From the NCBI RefSeq assembly GCF_018350175.1, contig NC_058368.1, positions 61,196,001 through 61,260,000 of the forward strand: DNA of 64,000 nucleotides. The letters are read 5' to 3'. This DNA is from Felis catus (lineage: Eukaryota). Position numbers and translations under genes: made by a program. Of the stretch, positions 47,259 to 61,570 are shown piece by piece (within the stretch, counting starts at the first letter, position 1; each line of letters opens with the position of its first letter). The notes under the pieces were generated by a model. It saw nothing but the letters and a program-made list of their open reading frames with translations, did not search any database and was not told where the DNA came from.

Positions 47259-49689
47259 CCCTCAAAGATTTTATAACCACCATGAAGAGCCAAACCTATT
47301 CAAATATTTTCTATGAAGCTTGGATTAGGACTCCAGAAGAATAACATATAATCTAGTTATTCTTGTTTTGGGTGAAGAGTGATTGGTGTTAGGTTGTTAT
47401 ATCAGGAACCATTGACTGAAGGCATGAGGGCTGTGGTCTCTTAAAGGATTAGAATAACTAGATCACTGATAACTTGAGATAGAAACACCCCCCCCACCTC
47501 CACCCACATGCACATATGCCAGAGAATGAGGAACATAAAGATGCTGGTGTAAGTGGAAAGACACTGGTGCAAAATATAGTGTCTGCTTAGAAATGCAGGC
47601 GATTTGGTATTTTATAAGCAAAATATAAAAGTTAGAGAGTGGGCAGGGCCATCTTAAAGATTTTTTTATATGCCATTGTTGAGGTGTTAAGATGGATTGT
47701 GGTGTAATCACATTTACATTCCTGATATACTATTCTAGTAGCACGAAGGAAGAGGAGCAATATATAAACCTCAAAGAAGAGGACTGGTTAGGAAAATAAT
47801 AAAGGGTGTAGAAGCATACAAGAGGCTGGAGATTTAAACATTGCTATTTAACCCTCATAATACCCTCTTAAAGTTAAAAAAAATGGTTCCCCCATTTTAC
47901 ATTTAGATTCAGAGAAATTTCATTGTTTTATTTGGTTCAGTTACCCCAGGCATACATGCATAATTGCCAATTCAACTGTCTTTTCCCAGGGATTTATAAT
48001 AACACTTCTCCAGCAATGAATGCAAATCCTCAACCACAGCTGATTCCAAGTTTTCTTCTTGGGTACATGCTAACTTCCTATAGACTAGAATTGCTAAGCT
48101 GCTCTGAGAAGGCACTGCCTCGTGTGCCTCAGGTGACTCAAATCACAGGTTGCAAATGGTGCAGTACAAAATTGTGCTAGATCACCCATCCCAAGAAATG
48201 GCAGTACCTTGCTTCTTAGTAAGCATTTACTGTATATTGAATAAATAATAAATGCTTATTGGGCCTCTCCTTCTTAGCTTCCTCCCTTTTAAATAATTCT
48301 TTGCAAGGATACTTTTTTCCTAAACATGGAAGTGTTCTTAACTCCATGCAAGTATAGAACACTAAGTCACAACTTTAAGGACAAGGGGAAAAAATAAACT
48401 TAACTTTCAAGCTTTCCAGAGTAAAATATTCTGATCTCTATCTTCTCCCATGAAACCACTTCTGTCTTCATCACAAACTACCACAAACAAGATTCATAGT
48501 TACATATGCTCATGCCTTCCTTATCTGAATATCCAATGGCAAGTTTAGGAAGTATGTCAGGGGTAAATGTTTAAAGACCATATAACAGTTTAGTTTTCCT
48601 TTTTAGTGGAGAAAAACCAATCATTCTATATATTTATCTATTTTTAGCAGCGATAAGACATAAAAAGTCAGAAGGGCATAATAATACCTATTTTAATTTA
48701 AATATATTTCTCCAAATGCTGATGACCTATGAAAAAAGTTTACAAATAAAATTCTAATTATACATACTGTACGGTGGCTATTGTTTATTTCTATACTGTG
48801 ATCTATTTGTCTTAGGCTTTGATTAGTCTTGGAGACTTTCCTTGTTCAACTGTTATATAATTCATTTCAAATCATATTCAAGGAGAGTGATGATTAAATC
48901 TATGCCAGGAGTCAGTAAAGATTTAGAATCTCTGTGAAGATTAGAAAGTAGAAATAGAACATATAGATCCTGCTTGGAACATTAACTTTATCTAATTATA
49001 CTTCTCTTAGAATATGGTCCAATTTTGGCTTTCACTTTTTTTTTTCCTACTCCAGAGAAATCAATTCATGATTTCTTCTTCTAGCAATTCTATGAATAAA
49101 GATAAGCTAGAAGCTTATTTTTTCTTTCATACATTAAAAGATACATATATATTTGTTCAATTTAATTGTTTTGACTTTTGAATTTATAGAGCAAAACTAG
49201 GCAGTCTTATGTATAATTGAAAGAGCTACTAATGAAACAATCAAAAAAAAAAAACAGGAAAGGGAAAGACTAAAAATATGGAGATAGGAAATTCTAGAGC
49301 ATAGTGACCTTTATGGAATAATTTTTAGGTACTTGGATGTTTCTATATAAATTTTCATAATCGTTTACTCTCCATACTTTCTTTGACAAACTTTCTCCTC
49401 AATTAAAAGAGCTTTTTAAAAACTTCTGAACATATTTCATAATTATGTATTTTTTCAAGTTTTGCAAGGTTATGCATGTTTTTTATAATTGGTCATCATT
49501 AATTTGTTTTTGATGGATCTTTACACCATGAAGTTACCATGATGGAATTCTAACTTTTGAATTGACACAAAATATGTAAGAAAAATTAAGGTTTTACAAG
49601 TTTGGGGTTTTGGTAAATTGTGTTTATAACACAGTGACTGCATTACAATAATTGTTTAAATATATGTGAAACATGAAAATAGTTCATAT

Positions 49690-50530
49690 GTTTTTTATTG
49701 CTGGCTTAATTATTGTGCATTTTGTGGCTTAAATCAACACTCATATATTATCTCATAATTCTGTAGGTCAGAAGTATAATTACATGGGTGCCTGAGTGGC
49801 TCAGTTAGTTAAAGCGTTCTGACTCTTGATTCTGGCTCAGGTCGTGATCTCACGGGTTCGTGAGATTGAGTCCCACATTGGGCTCTGTGCGGACATGACA
49901 GAGCCTATTTGGGATTCTCTCTCTCCCTCCCTCTGCCACCCCCCCCCCCACCATGTGCTCACACATGTGTGCTCTTTCTCTGTCTCTGTCTCTCCCTCTC
50001 TCAAAATAAATAAATAAAGTGTAATTACAGCATAGCTCAAATGAGTCCTTTGCTTAAACTTTCACAAGGTCAGAATCATGGTATTGGCAGACCTGTGCTT
50101 TCTGGAGGCTCTGGGGATGAATCCAATGCCAACCTCATTAAGTTGGCTGGATAGATTTAGCTCCTTGCAGATGTAGGACTGAGGCCTTCATTTCCTTGCA
50201 GGCTGTTAGCAGAGGGCCTCCCTTTGCTCCTAGAGGCTGCCTGAGTCCTGCTTTCCATGTGTCTCTCCAGCAACAGGAGGGAGGGGTCCTACTCGTACTT
50301 TGAATATCTTTCTGCCACATCTATTTAACTCTAGCTGAAAAAATCCTCTGCTTTTAAGAACTGCTGTGATTAGATTTGTCCCATTGACATAATCCAGGAT
50401 AATCTCCCTGTTTTGAAGCCCTTAACTTCAGTATTAACTGCAAACCCCTTTTTTATCAAGAAACCTAACATATCGACAGGTTCCAGGGATTAGGGGGTGG
50501 GCGTCTTTGGTGAATCATTCTGCCTTACAC
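49690..50530 (-). mobile_element. MLT1D/E-like MaLR LTR split by a SINE
   Basis: TCTCATAATTCTGTAGGTCAGAAG...TCTGGAGGCTCTGGGGATGAATCC...ATAATCCAGGATAATCTCCC...ACAGGTTCCAGGGATTAGG. Confidence 0.88.
49786..50016 (+). mobile_element. CAN-SINE
   Basis: TSD AAGT(A/G)TAATTACA at 49772-49784 and 50017-50029. Confidence 0.95.
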
Positions 50531-50879
50531 AGTTAGTGATAGGATGAACAGCATATCTACTAACCAGTTTGTGAAACGAATCATTTCTCTTAATTCAAAG
50601 TGTCGTTTACATCCTTCCTTATCTCCAACTTCAGAAGTAACCATTATTCTGAATTTTGTGTTTAGCATTTTTAACAAAAATGGAATTTATGTTTAATAGG
50701 TGGTACACATTTTTAGCTGGAGTAGATGATAGGAAATGGATGATGTTTTCTAAAGTGATTGTATAAGTTTCCACCACAACAACAAAACACTGTGTGTGCA
50801 TTTTCATTAGACTGCATATTCACAAAAAAAATCAACATTTCTCTTCAAATTTTTATGTTATATATTTTTTAGAGGTGTT

Positions 50880-50976
50880 ATTTTTTAAGTAATCTCTTTG
50901 CCCAACATGGGGCTCGAATTTGCAACCCTGAGATTAAGAGTTGCATGCTCTACTGACTGAGCCAACCAGAAGCCCT
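50880..50976 (-). mobile_element. Short tRNA-Lys-like CAN-SINE
   Basis: TTAAGTAATCTC...GGGCTCGAA...GCATGCTCTACTGACTGAGCC. Confidence 0.9.
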
Positions 50977-51686
50977 GCACTTAAAACTTTTAATAGATGA
51001 AACTTGATTTTTCTAAACATCATGGGGATTATTAGCCCCTTTTTACATTGTTATTGGATGTTCACATTTTTTCAGATAAATACCAATTTTTCTACTAGTT
51101 TGCTGACTTTTTAAATTTATATCTAAAAATGCTTTAGAATTCCAATCACATATACTCTCAATGTTCTTTCTCAGTCTACGATATCTTTTAACTTTCTTTA
51201 ATGTCCATGCAGAACAAAATAGTGGGCAGGAAAGGAGTGATGACTAGAGTGGAAGGGATGCACAGAAGGACATTCTCTGAGAATATTTTTTGTATAGATC
51301 TGATTTTAAAATCATATTAACATTTCACATAGTCATAAATGAAAAGGATGAGGGAAAACAACAAAATGGATTTGAAAAAGTCCTTTCACTTCACATTCAA
51401 AAAATATTTTTATATGTTTCTATGTTAAGCTTATAGTTTTGTTTCAAAACAGTACTTAAAAATTTAGTCTTTTTAGTTTCCATCTTTTTTTGTATTAGGA
51501 TGTATCCAGTTGTACGTTTCTCCATGAAGAGATCTAGTTGTCTAACCTCATCTACAAAAAAAAATCCTTCTTGCCCTGTTGATTGGTTTTGCCTGCAGCT
51601 GACCTTGAGCTCTCTATTATTTCTATATTTCTCTGTTGGTCTGTTGTGACAATAACATGCCATTGTATTACTTTGCCTTTGAAGTA

Positions 51687-52702
51687 TAGGCAAGCCTTTG
51701 GTTCTGATTTGCATGGTTCTGATCTGCATCAATTTCAGGGACCACGTAAATTAAATAACACCAGTCCTCCTATCACACAATTCAAAATTTAGTTACCTGG
51801 GTAAATTGCTTGTGAGTAGTTGTATGATGTACAGATTTCACTGTTAGCTTTTCATTTCACTTAACACTATGTACATAAAAGTTGCACGTCATGATCAGAG
51901 ACCCATCATCTTGCTTCTTCAAAATCTGTTGGTGATTGGTCACCATACACCTGTTTTTCAGGTCACACACAGCACAGCAATGCAACTAATTTGTGTTGTC
52001 TCTTAGTGTCTCACTGGTATATGACATTTTATAAAAAATGGATAATGAAAAGAAATTATCCCACAAAAATGAAAATGCAGCTGAGAAATTAAAAGTTATA
52101 GTCCTGGAAATGAACCAAATGTCAATGGAATTATAGAAGAAATAACTGTCCATGTACAACTGTAGTTGTACAACCAGAGGGACTTAGTAAACATGGAATT
52201 ATCAGCATAAATGAGAAAGTTTTTTTGATGAATAGGATGAAGATATTCCAGAGGAAATGTTGCCAGCCAAAATGTTCACATGAAAGAAACTCACATAGGC
52301 ATTTCAAGGGTTTGGAAGTGCAAAGGATAAAATATTGGAAGCTGATCCAAACCTAAAAAGAAGTATAACAATCTTAGCAAAGAAAAGCATAGAAGATGTT
52401 CACTCCATATCATGAATTATATGATAGAAGGGGGAGGCAAACAACATTCAAGCTATTTTTGATGTGTTTTTTTTTTTCACAAATACACAGAACACTTTAC
52501 CTCTCAGTGTATCTAATGTTTTATATTACAGTACGATGAATACTAATTGTATTATTTTTATTCCTCTGTATATTTATAACAAACACTATAATTTAATATT
52601 GTGAGGAAAAAAAATCTTGGAACAATAGTGACTTATCCCATTGATTATTTAGACTTTTTTTTATGATTATAGTCTTTGCGTGTGTGTGCGTGCATGCGTG
52701 CA

Positions 52703-52740
<38 letters not shown>

Positions 52741-52770
52741 CACACCACTGTGAAAAGTGAGGAGTACCTG
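51687..52770 (+). mobile_element. Tigger13a-like TcMar element
   Basis: TA|TAGGCAAG...TTAAATAACACCAGTCC...GGTGATTGGTCAC...GGAAGCTGATCCAAAC...AAAGTGAGGAGTACCTG; internal (TG)n at about 52680-52737. Confidence 0.82.
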
Positions 52771-53400
52771 CATATTCTAGTGTTTGGTAGGACAAGTTCC
52801 TCACTTTTTTAAAAAATAAGAATGACTAGTTTTTGTAATCTTTCATTTTTTCATGTGAATTTTAATTAAAGTTTTCAACTTTTTGAAAACCTCATTGGAT
52901 TCGAATTAGGATTGTATCAACTCTGTAACTTAATTTAGGGAAAGTAGACATCTTTATAATATTAATCTCATCGAAAAAATTTTAATCTGTGTCCACTAAT
53001 TCAGAGAATGTTTTGTATCTTTTACCATGAATCACTGAATCTAAGATGATACTGCTTGGAAGATACACTATTATTTTGTAGGCAATTAAGAAAAAAAAAT
53101 ACTGTTAATTATGACATAAGATCTTCATATCTCATTGGTTATAATACATTCCCAATTTGAAGATGTAATAAAATGGGAAAATTTAGAACACATAACATAA
53201 TTTTTAGAGCTTTAAAGCTTTGCCCTTAGAGATATTATAAATTCTCGGTTACATTAATTTTGTGATACTTTATAACATGGACTCTTGTGAATGGTATCTT
53301 TTATTTAGTAAGTTTGTAGTTACTTGTTGGCGTTGAGAAATACTTTTATATTATGGGTCTGATTTTAAATTTGGCAAATGTGTGAAAGTTTCTAATTTTA

Positions 53401-53603
53401 TTTTTTTTATTTTTTTAAATGTTTATTTATTTAGAGAGACAGGTGGGAGAAGAGGTAGAGAGAGAGGAAGGGAGAGAATCCAAGCATGCTTTATGCTATT
53501 AGCACAGAGCCCACGCAGGGCTCAGTCTCATGAACCATGAGATCATAACCTGAGATGAAATTAAGAGTCAGATGCCTAACCGACTGAGCTACCCAGGTGC
53601 TCC
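53401..53603 (-). mobile_element. CAN-SINE
   Basis: Reverse head GACTGAGCTACCCAGGTGCTCC; degenerate TSD TGAAAGT...TTTTA. Confidence 0.94.
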
Positions 53604-56047
53604 TGAAAGTCCCTTGTTTTAATAGTTTGTATTTTGATTATATTGAGATTTTGTATATAGATTATATAATCCCTAAATAACAACACCTTTATTTATTCTC
53701 ATCCAATTCTTATTTCTTCATTATTCTCCCATTTATAGTGTTGACCAGAAGTGCCATGAATTTATTAAACATAATTGTGTTATAAGTGATCCATGCAATA
53801 GTAATAATAATAGCATTAGGCTACATTTAAAAGCATCCCACTGAGAGAAGAAAACTATCCAGATTACTAGTTGATCTTAAAATTGTGTATCCGTAACAAA
53901 TAAGAACCAGTAAGACTAGAACGCTATAAAATAACTTCTTTATGGTTTTCATGGAATTTTTAATTTTTGTGTAGAATTTCCACAGTATAACCTAATTTAT
54001 CACAGAAGATTTGAATCTTTAGGTCTTGCATTAAGTAATCCAGAAATTTTTATCTTAATTATAACTGTGATTTGTGTTTCTTTTATTGTTCTGTATATTA
54101 TCTTGTATTAGTGCCTTTGATGCCTTAAATTAATTATTGAAAAGGTGTCAAGTTTTGTTAAATTTAATTATATATTTAAAGAGATTTTAATCCCAATTAC
54201 AGAAGATTTTGGGTATGCAGTTTACCAAATATGCTAGATTATTCTCTAGAAAAAAAAATAGAAAAATAAACGAAAGGCGTATTTCCATTATTGTTACATA
54301 ATAAAAATGTCATTATACTAATTAAGGTCAGTACTACCTTAGGATGACTTAGAACTTCATCACAGAACATATAATAATAACAACAAAAATACAGATTAAA
54401 TGGAAGCCAATGTATTAAGATAAAATATTAAAAATAATAATACACTATGGAAGAACAGCCAAAACAATGAAGGAAAAAATAGAAATATTTTGTAAAATGC
54501 AAGAACTCTTTAATAAAATAATATACATTTAAACAACATACAATTTCCCCTTACACTAATATTTATAATACTGAAGAATGTGGGTAAAAATCTTCTAAAT
54601 ATCTGCATTTATAAAGAGGTTAAGTATACTACTATATATCCACTTAGTAATGAAACCATTAAGAATTATGATTACTTAAAAATCAATAACATGGAAAATG
54701 TTGGTGAAAATACAAAATACCAAGATACATATACTCTATATTCTGAGCTATATAAAAATTTGCATTAACAATTAATTATGTTAATCAACATTTTTACTCT
54801 TTGGAAAATATATCCATCTGTTTATTTTCAAATGTTGCATTTCATTTAATGTATTTTAATTAATATATATTCTTTTATACTATAAAAAATCACTAAGAAG
54901 AAATACAAAGATCTTTTAGGACTTCCAATTTGCCTTTTACAATGACCTTTAATTTATTACCCTATGCCTTTAAATTCTGGATGTTTTTCATTCTTCATTA
55001 TTGCCTATTAATCTCATTAATTCAGTTATCTCAGTTCTTTTTTCTGTGTATTTTTATTATTTTTATTTTAGTTGTTAAGTTTTAAGTATACTGATAATAA
55101 TACATGTTCCAAAACCAGAAAAACACAGCCTTGCTTTTTTTAGCCACCTAGACTTTCAAAATGAGGACATCCAAGATTAGTTAAAAAATTAAATTCACTG
55201 AATTTTCATTAAAATATATATTTTTGAGATATATACAAAGTATATGAATAATTTAGTGATATGTTTCCACAATGCTATATAACATGTTTCATTTAAAAGA
55301 ACCTAGACACATTAATATCTACCATAATCCCAACCTTTCTCATAAGCAATGTTGACCTGCTACATCTTAGTTTGATCTATGCAATGTAAATTAAAAAAAA
55401 AAAGTTTATGGTTAAAAAAATGTCTAACTTCCTAAGTCTCTGATTTCTTTAGGTTTTGTTAATTTGTAAAGCTTGCTTTGGTCACATTTTTATACTGTGA
55501 TATGAGAGTGCCAACAAGTAGGGTAACTATCAACTGAAAGGAAGTTATTACTTTGCACTGTCATTCTAGTAAAAAAATAAAAATTAAAATAGGCAAATTT
55601 AAACTTTCACATTTTGAGTGGGCATAAAGTTGTTATTTTATTACAATGATGATGGTTTTCAACAGCAGACCAAAAAGAAGGCAAAATGTTGACAATACAA
55701 AAAGTTTTATCCTTATTCATTTTAATTGACAGATTCACAAACATAAATAAATCGTGACCATTTCAATCATTCAATACAGATTAAAAAGTATTTGCCAAAA
55801 CTGTCAACTGGAGGCATTCTTATTGTTCAATTTTCAAACTAGAAATGAAAACTCTAGTCATGATCTCACAGTTTTGCTTTAATGTTCTAACATCTACATT
55901 TAAATTGTGCTTACTGTACACTTGATTATTTCTTTCACTTTTCTACCAAAGTATCCATTTTCCCTTCTTGTAATATTTGTTGTTATGTAGGAAACATCAA
56001 AGCTCAAAAGAGCTTTGATATCTTCTTTATTAGTACAAAGATACCTT

Positions 56048-56070
56048 AAAAATTTTTTTTAATGTTTATT

Positions 56071-56122
<52 letters not shown>

Positions 56123-56297
56123 TAGGGGGAGGGGCAGAGAGAGAGTGGGAGACATGGAATCCAAAGAAGGCTCCAGGCTCTGACCTTTCAGTACAGAGCC
56201 TGACAAGGAGCTCTAACTCAGGTGAACTCACAGACTGTGAGATCATGACCTGAACTGAAGTAGGATGCTTAACCAACTGAGCCATCCAGGTACCCCC
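56048..56297 (-). mobile_element. CAN-SINE with a long (GA)n of about 22 units
   Basis: Reverse head ACTGAGCCATCCAGGTACCCC. Confidence 0.95.
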
Positions 56298-58029
56298 CAA
56301 AATGCCTTTTTCAATCTGGGCAAATGATCTTACACAAACCTGATCTCCATCAGAACATATACCGTGATTTTTTTTTTGACAATAATCAAAATTTGAAACA
56401 AGAGTAAGCAATGAAATCTGAACCTTGATAAGAGTGCCTTATTTTTATTTGTATATTTGTTTATGTATAATAATAATTTCATAAAATGCTCATTTTAATT
56501 GGCATATATAGGCCCAGGTATTACTAACTATATTTTGTTGTGTAATCTACAATACATTAAAATACAATAGCATATGAATGTATGAAAGTAAAGAAATTAA
56601 ACCTAAATAATATCTCATTTATTTTGCATTAAACATATATTTCCATTTTACCCTATTTGTTATCTGAATCACAGAATACCATTGAAATCATTTATTGTTA
56701 AATGTCTTCTAAATATGCCTTCCCATTTGAGCATATCTGTTACATCACTAGTTGGTTTTAGACTTATAAAACAAAGGAATTCATGTAAAGCCTTCAAAAA
56801 AGGTACTAGTGCTAATTATATAGGCTGTTTTTTTTTTTTATTGTATCTTTGGCATTTTTATGAGGATGTAACTGGGTGAGGATTTTGACTATACTCTTAT
56901 ATTTGGTTAGAAATTAGTTGTTCAAGCACCCAATATTTTTTCATATAAATCCCCCAAAATGAAAATGTGGAACAATTATCAAAAATGGGATAGAATCCCA
57001 ATACCATAACTCATTAGCAAGGGGGTTATATTGTTTAAAATTTGTCAAACTTACATCCTCTATACTATTAGTTAATAATCAGTGCCTAGACTATTGTTAA
57101 CAGTTATAGTCCAATTCTTAAAGTGCTACTCAAAAGCCAAAAAATATTATCAACCTTGAGATTTATTAGTTCAATATCTTGAATACTGTAAATCATGTTC
57201 AAATACCCTGAACACTATTTTCAACCCAGAGTTTTAACAGAGAAAATATAGCCAATACAATGAATTTAAATATGAATGTATTTAAAGTCTAAGTTAAGAC
57301 ATAACATAAATTATCTGTGTATATATTGAATAACTTCCAAAAATGATTTCACATCACTACTAGCTTAATTGAGGAGGTTTCCATTTGCCTACAGAAACAC
57401 TGGGTATGCTAATAAAGTCTTTGTCTAAAAACATTAAAAAATTATAATGATGATAGTCACAAGGTTTGTGATATTTCTAAATGGTTGAATCATTTACATA
57501 TCCACCAAAGTTATATGCCCTTCCAAACATGGGTACACTAACCATTTTTTTTTCCATCAGTATTCAACTATATTCTCACAAGCTTCTCAAAATCTGGAAC
57601 TTGATGGATGGCATTATTGTCACTTTTTATTTATTGTCACTTTGAATTACTTATATATCTTACAATTTGCTATGAACCACTATTTTTAGTAATTAAATAA
57701 GTCATTGAAAAAACTACCAAATAGTATCTAAGCCTTTCAATAATCTATTTTATTCAATAAATATATATTTTATCCTATATTTTATAATTATAACTATATA
57801 TTATGTATAATTTTGTAGTTTGACTAAAGCCTCAAAAACAGCAATATTAGAAAATATTATACAATATTATATATTATGTATATTAATGTGGATTAGGAAA
57901 GTCTAAGGAAAGTAAGTTACATTTGAATGTTTAATTTTCTCTATCAAAATGTTTAAAGCATTGTAAAACAAAATACAATTAACTTAGCTAAAAGACATAC
58001 AATGGTCTAGAAGATGTTTTCATTTGTAC

Positions 58030-58340
58030 ATGTTAAGATTAAGTAACTCTGAGTGACAGAATATAAAATTAATAGATGTGTTAACATGATAGAAGTTTAT
58101 TTCTCCTTTATATACATCAAGTCCAGAAATAATCAGTCCAGGACTGATTTGGCTGATCAGACCTTTATTTGGGACCTGGCTTCTTCTACATTCCTTGTTG
58201 CTCTGACTTCCTTACTTTGTAACATGTGTCTCATAGTCCAGCCATCATGCCAGCATTTCAGCCAGGAGGAAGGAGGATATGATAAAGAAGGGCAAACCTC
58301 TGGACTTCAAGGACTATACCACATGTTCCATCCTACAGTT
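58030..58340 (-). mobile_element. Old MLT1 (J/K/L-like) fragment
   Basis: GATAGAAGTTTATTTCTC...AAGTCCAGA...CAGTCCAGG...GGGACCTGGCTTCTTCTA. Confidence 0.6.
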
Positions 58341-59190
58341 ATACTGAATGAGAAAGAATGGAAAATGGGAAGTCTTCTACCCATGAATTCTTCCATATCA
58401 AATGAATTAGTGCTCAGAATCTAGATCTAAATTTCTTTAGTCTCTTCTAGATTATTTTCTTTATGTTTTTAAGCTGCAAGCATTTGGATATTCTGTTTTA
58501 ACAACTGAGTGCATACGTCCTAACCAAATAAAATAATTCTACAGTAAAATTATTAGTTACTTATGTAGCAAAAACCTTTGAATAAGATTGAAAATGAGTT
58601 TGCTTATATGACTGTATTTCCTCTTTAAAAAATTCAGACTCTCACAATTTAGCATTTGAAATATGGACAAGTATAACTTTTTTCATGACAAAAACAAAGC
58701 CAAGATAGGCCAATCCTGAGAAGAGAAATCTTTCATCCTAAATAAGCCAATATTTGATAAACACACACACATATACTTATATATAATATCTCTTTTAAGT
58801 ATGTTTTTCTACTAATATTTTAATGCAGTTAAAAATATAATACAAATATTTAACAAATAGCAGAGGCTTATGGGCTTCTGGCTTTAGGTAAAGAACATTA
58901 CCAGATGTTGTTTACATTAATGATTTTAAGTGATAATGGAGTAAGATTAATTTTCTCTTTGTCATCCCGTCAACAATAAGAATGACACTTATCAAATTAT
59001 ATATATGTACATTTTTTTTCCCTACATAGTCTCACTTTATCATGAGCAAGATCAACAGAATAGGAAATCAAGACAGCACATTCACTCACTAATTTTCACT
59101 GTGGTTAATCGTTGAAACCATTAATGAGACCCCTTGTGCTTTACGGGCTATCTCTAACTTGAACTTGTTCAGCAAATTTTATCTGCATTA

Positions 59191-59204
59191 GTAGCCATGG
59201 CAAC
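59191..59204. promoter_or_regulatory. RFX X-box-like palindrome
   Basis: GTAGCCATGGCAAC, a 13/14 match to GTTGCCATGGCAAC, in non-repeat DNA. Confidence 0.45.
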
Positions 59205-59794
59205 TTCAGGACAAATATTGAGTGTTGGCCTTCCAACTGTTAAAAACCTCTAAGTTGCCTGTAAGTCCATGGTGTATCTCCACAGAAACACGAACATGCG
59301 AAACAATAGAAACTTTTCATCTGGTTCTAAGGAAAGAAGTTTATTATAAAATTAAATAGAAGACAAAGTACAAATATTAAGAAAAAGTTTTTCTTCCCCT
59401 GAGGTGGTAGAACAAATGGCAAATTTCATAGCAATTATAGAAAGCTTTTATGTAAACAGATCATTATCACAGTTACATGCTTAGCTGCTTGTGGGACTAT
59501 TGAAGAAAGGGTGGGAAAACAGAGTAGCTCAAGACCAGTACAATCTGAAAAATGTTGCTGCCCTGATAGGTGCATATTTATGATATATGGTTTTGTGAAA
59601 TGTCCTTTTAATTGAAACTAAAAGGCAGTATGTACAAACCTTCCAAAATTATATACTTGTTACTGGAAGCTTATTGACTACTCCTATAATCATTCTGATA
59701 TTCAGCAGACTACATTGTGTTGACTCAGAGCTCCACATCTATGAAATCCAATCGTATGTTGTTCATACTTCAGGCAGATTGCTGTGCCCACCTT

Positions 59795-60028
59795 AATTTT
59801 TTTTTATGTTTATTTTTATTTTTGAGAGAGCGAGCAAGGGATACAGAGCATGAGTGGGGGAGGGGCAGAGAGAGAGGGAGACAGAATCCGAAGCAGACTC
59901 TGGTCTGCTCTCTGAGGTGTCTCTGTGATGACACCTCAGAGCCCGATGTGGGGCTGGAACTCATGGACCCTGAGATCATGACCTGAGCTGTGGTCAGAAG
60001 CTTAACCAACTGCGTCACCGAGGCACAC
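59795..60028 (-). mobile_element. CAN-SINE with rearranged internal hairpins
   Basis: TSD CTGTG(C/T)CCA(C/T)CTT at 59782-59794 and 60029-60041. Confidence 0.95.
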
Positions 60029-60115
60029 CTGTGTCCATCTTGCTTCTACTAATAGAGCCCTGTGATTTTTACAGTGCTCAACTCTGTGTCATTAAAAATG
60101 ATTACATGTAAGCCC

Positions 60116-60668
60116 TATGGCATAGTGCATTTTTCAAGGATGACCAGAATAACATCTCTTATCCCACATGCTCTTCTAACAATGTAACTTTGGCATACCT
60201 CCCAACTGTCCTTTTCCTTGGACCACATGGAGTATCACAACTGCCTCCAGTATAATTGAAGTAATTTCTGAGACTAGGTCATCAAAATAGCATAGGTTTT
60301 TCTTGCCCCTTTGAGACACTTGCTTTTGGAATTCATCTGTGGCCATCTTGTAAGGAAGCCCAAACTAGCCTACATGAAGAAATCACATGGAGAGGACTCA
60401 TTTAAGCTGGCAGTCCAGTAGAGATTCTACTTCCTGCAGTCATCAATGGCCAGACATGTGAATTAAGATGTTTTCAGATGATGCCAGCCCTTATCTGTTA
60501 AGTCCAACCAGGCTTAGTGTTTTTCCAAGAGGCCCAAACTTATCAGTGAGTAAGTCATCACTGCTGTGTTCTGGAATGTCTAAGTCTCAGAGCCTCAGGC
60601 ACAATGAAATGACTGTTTTATGCTTAAAAATGTGGGTAGATGTTTATGCAACATTAGTAACTAAAACA
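60116..60668 (+). mobile_element. MLT1E/F/G-like MaLR LTR
   Basis: ATCCCACATGCTCTTCT, TTTCTGAGACTAGGTCAT, TGTAAGGAAGCCCAAACTAGCC, TAGTAACTAAAACA end. Confidence 0.82.
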
Positions 60669-61324
60669 AGCACCAACTACTTCTCTCCTTATTTGAACCA
60701 AGTCTTCAGGTAGTAAATTCCTAATTGTGTTTCCTAAATTTGATAAAAAATACTTTCATAATATCAAGTCCATCTTTATTGTAGAGAAGATAATTAGATG
60801 TTATTTTCACTCAAAAGTAATGTTAATTGAATTTCAACAAAGAAGCATCTAGTATAGAAATTTTCAATAAATATGTAAGTATAATTGCCACTATCAAAAG
60901 TTGAAGACAATTTATCAGTTGGATGTGCAGATTAGAAAAACAGATTTTAACATTGTCTCTAGTCATTTTCTTTCCTCCATATAAAATAGTAAGAAAAATT
61001 TTCTTTTGTAAGAGGCAAACGTGATTCAGAAAATGTGTTTTTTGGGGGGAATTTGAAGTTTAAAACCAGGCTTTCTATCAGGCTTTGTTGTGTATTCAAA
61101 TCAGAGGTGAGGTAATGTAATGTTGGAAAACATCCAAAGAGGGAGAAAGACAGACATGGGGAGGGTAAGATAGAGAAAGGGTGAGAGAGAGGGGGACTGA
61201 GGCTCTGGTGCTATTTTTTAATAGATTGTGTTTCTGGTTCTAGTCCCCTTGGAGGTGCAACTGTGTTATCTCGATACCTTATCTTCCTTTAACACCCAGT
61301 TGTCATTTGAGGTTACCTGAAAAT

Positions 61325-61570
61325 AATATATCAGCCAGGATGCCTTTGACCACAAGTTACAGTATCAACTCTGTTGCTTAAACAAATAGGAAATGTATAA
61401 TATCCCATAAAAAGACTTCCAGAGACAGAGTCCTCCAGCAGTTTAGCTGCAGAGAAACCAGAATCTTACCATGTTCTGATATGCCCATCACAGTTAAAGT
61501 TTTATTTTATGGCTGGTCCCTCTTGTGGTTATAGGATGACTATAAAGTGTGTACTAAGGCTGCATATTTC
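61325..61570 (-). mobile_element. Old MLT1 fragment
   Basis: TCAGCCAGGATGCCTTTGACCACAAGT...GCTTAAACAAATAGGAAATGTAT. Confidence 0.5.

Larger units (their letters stand above)
51400..53800 (-). mobile_element. Ancient L1ME-like ORF2 fragments hosting the Tigger and a SINE
   Basis: GATCTAGTTGTCTAAC, TAATTTAGGGAAAGTAGACATCTTTATAATATT, TTGTGAATGGTATC. Confidence 0.55.
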
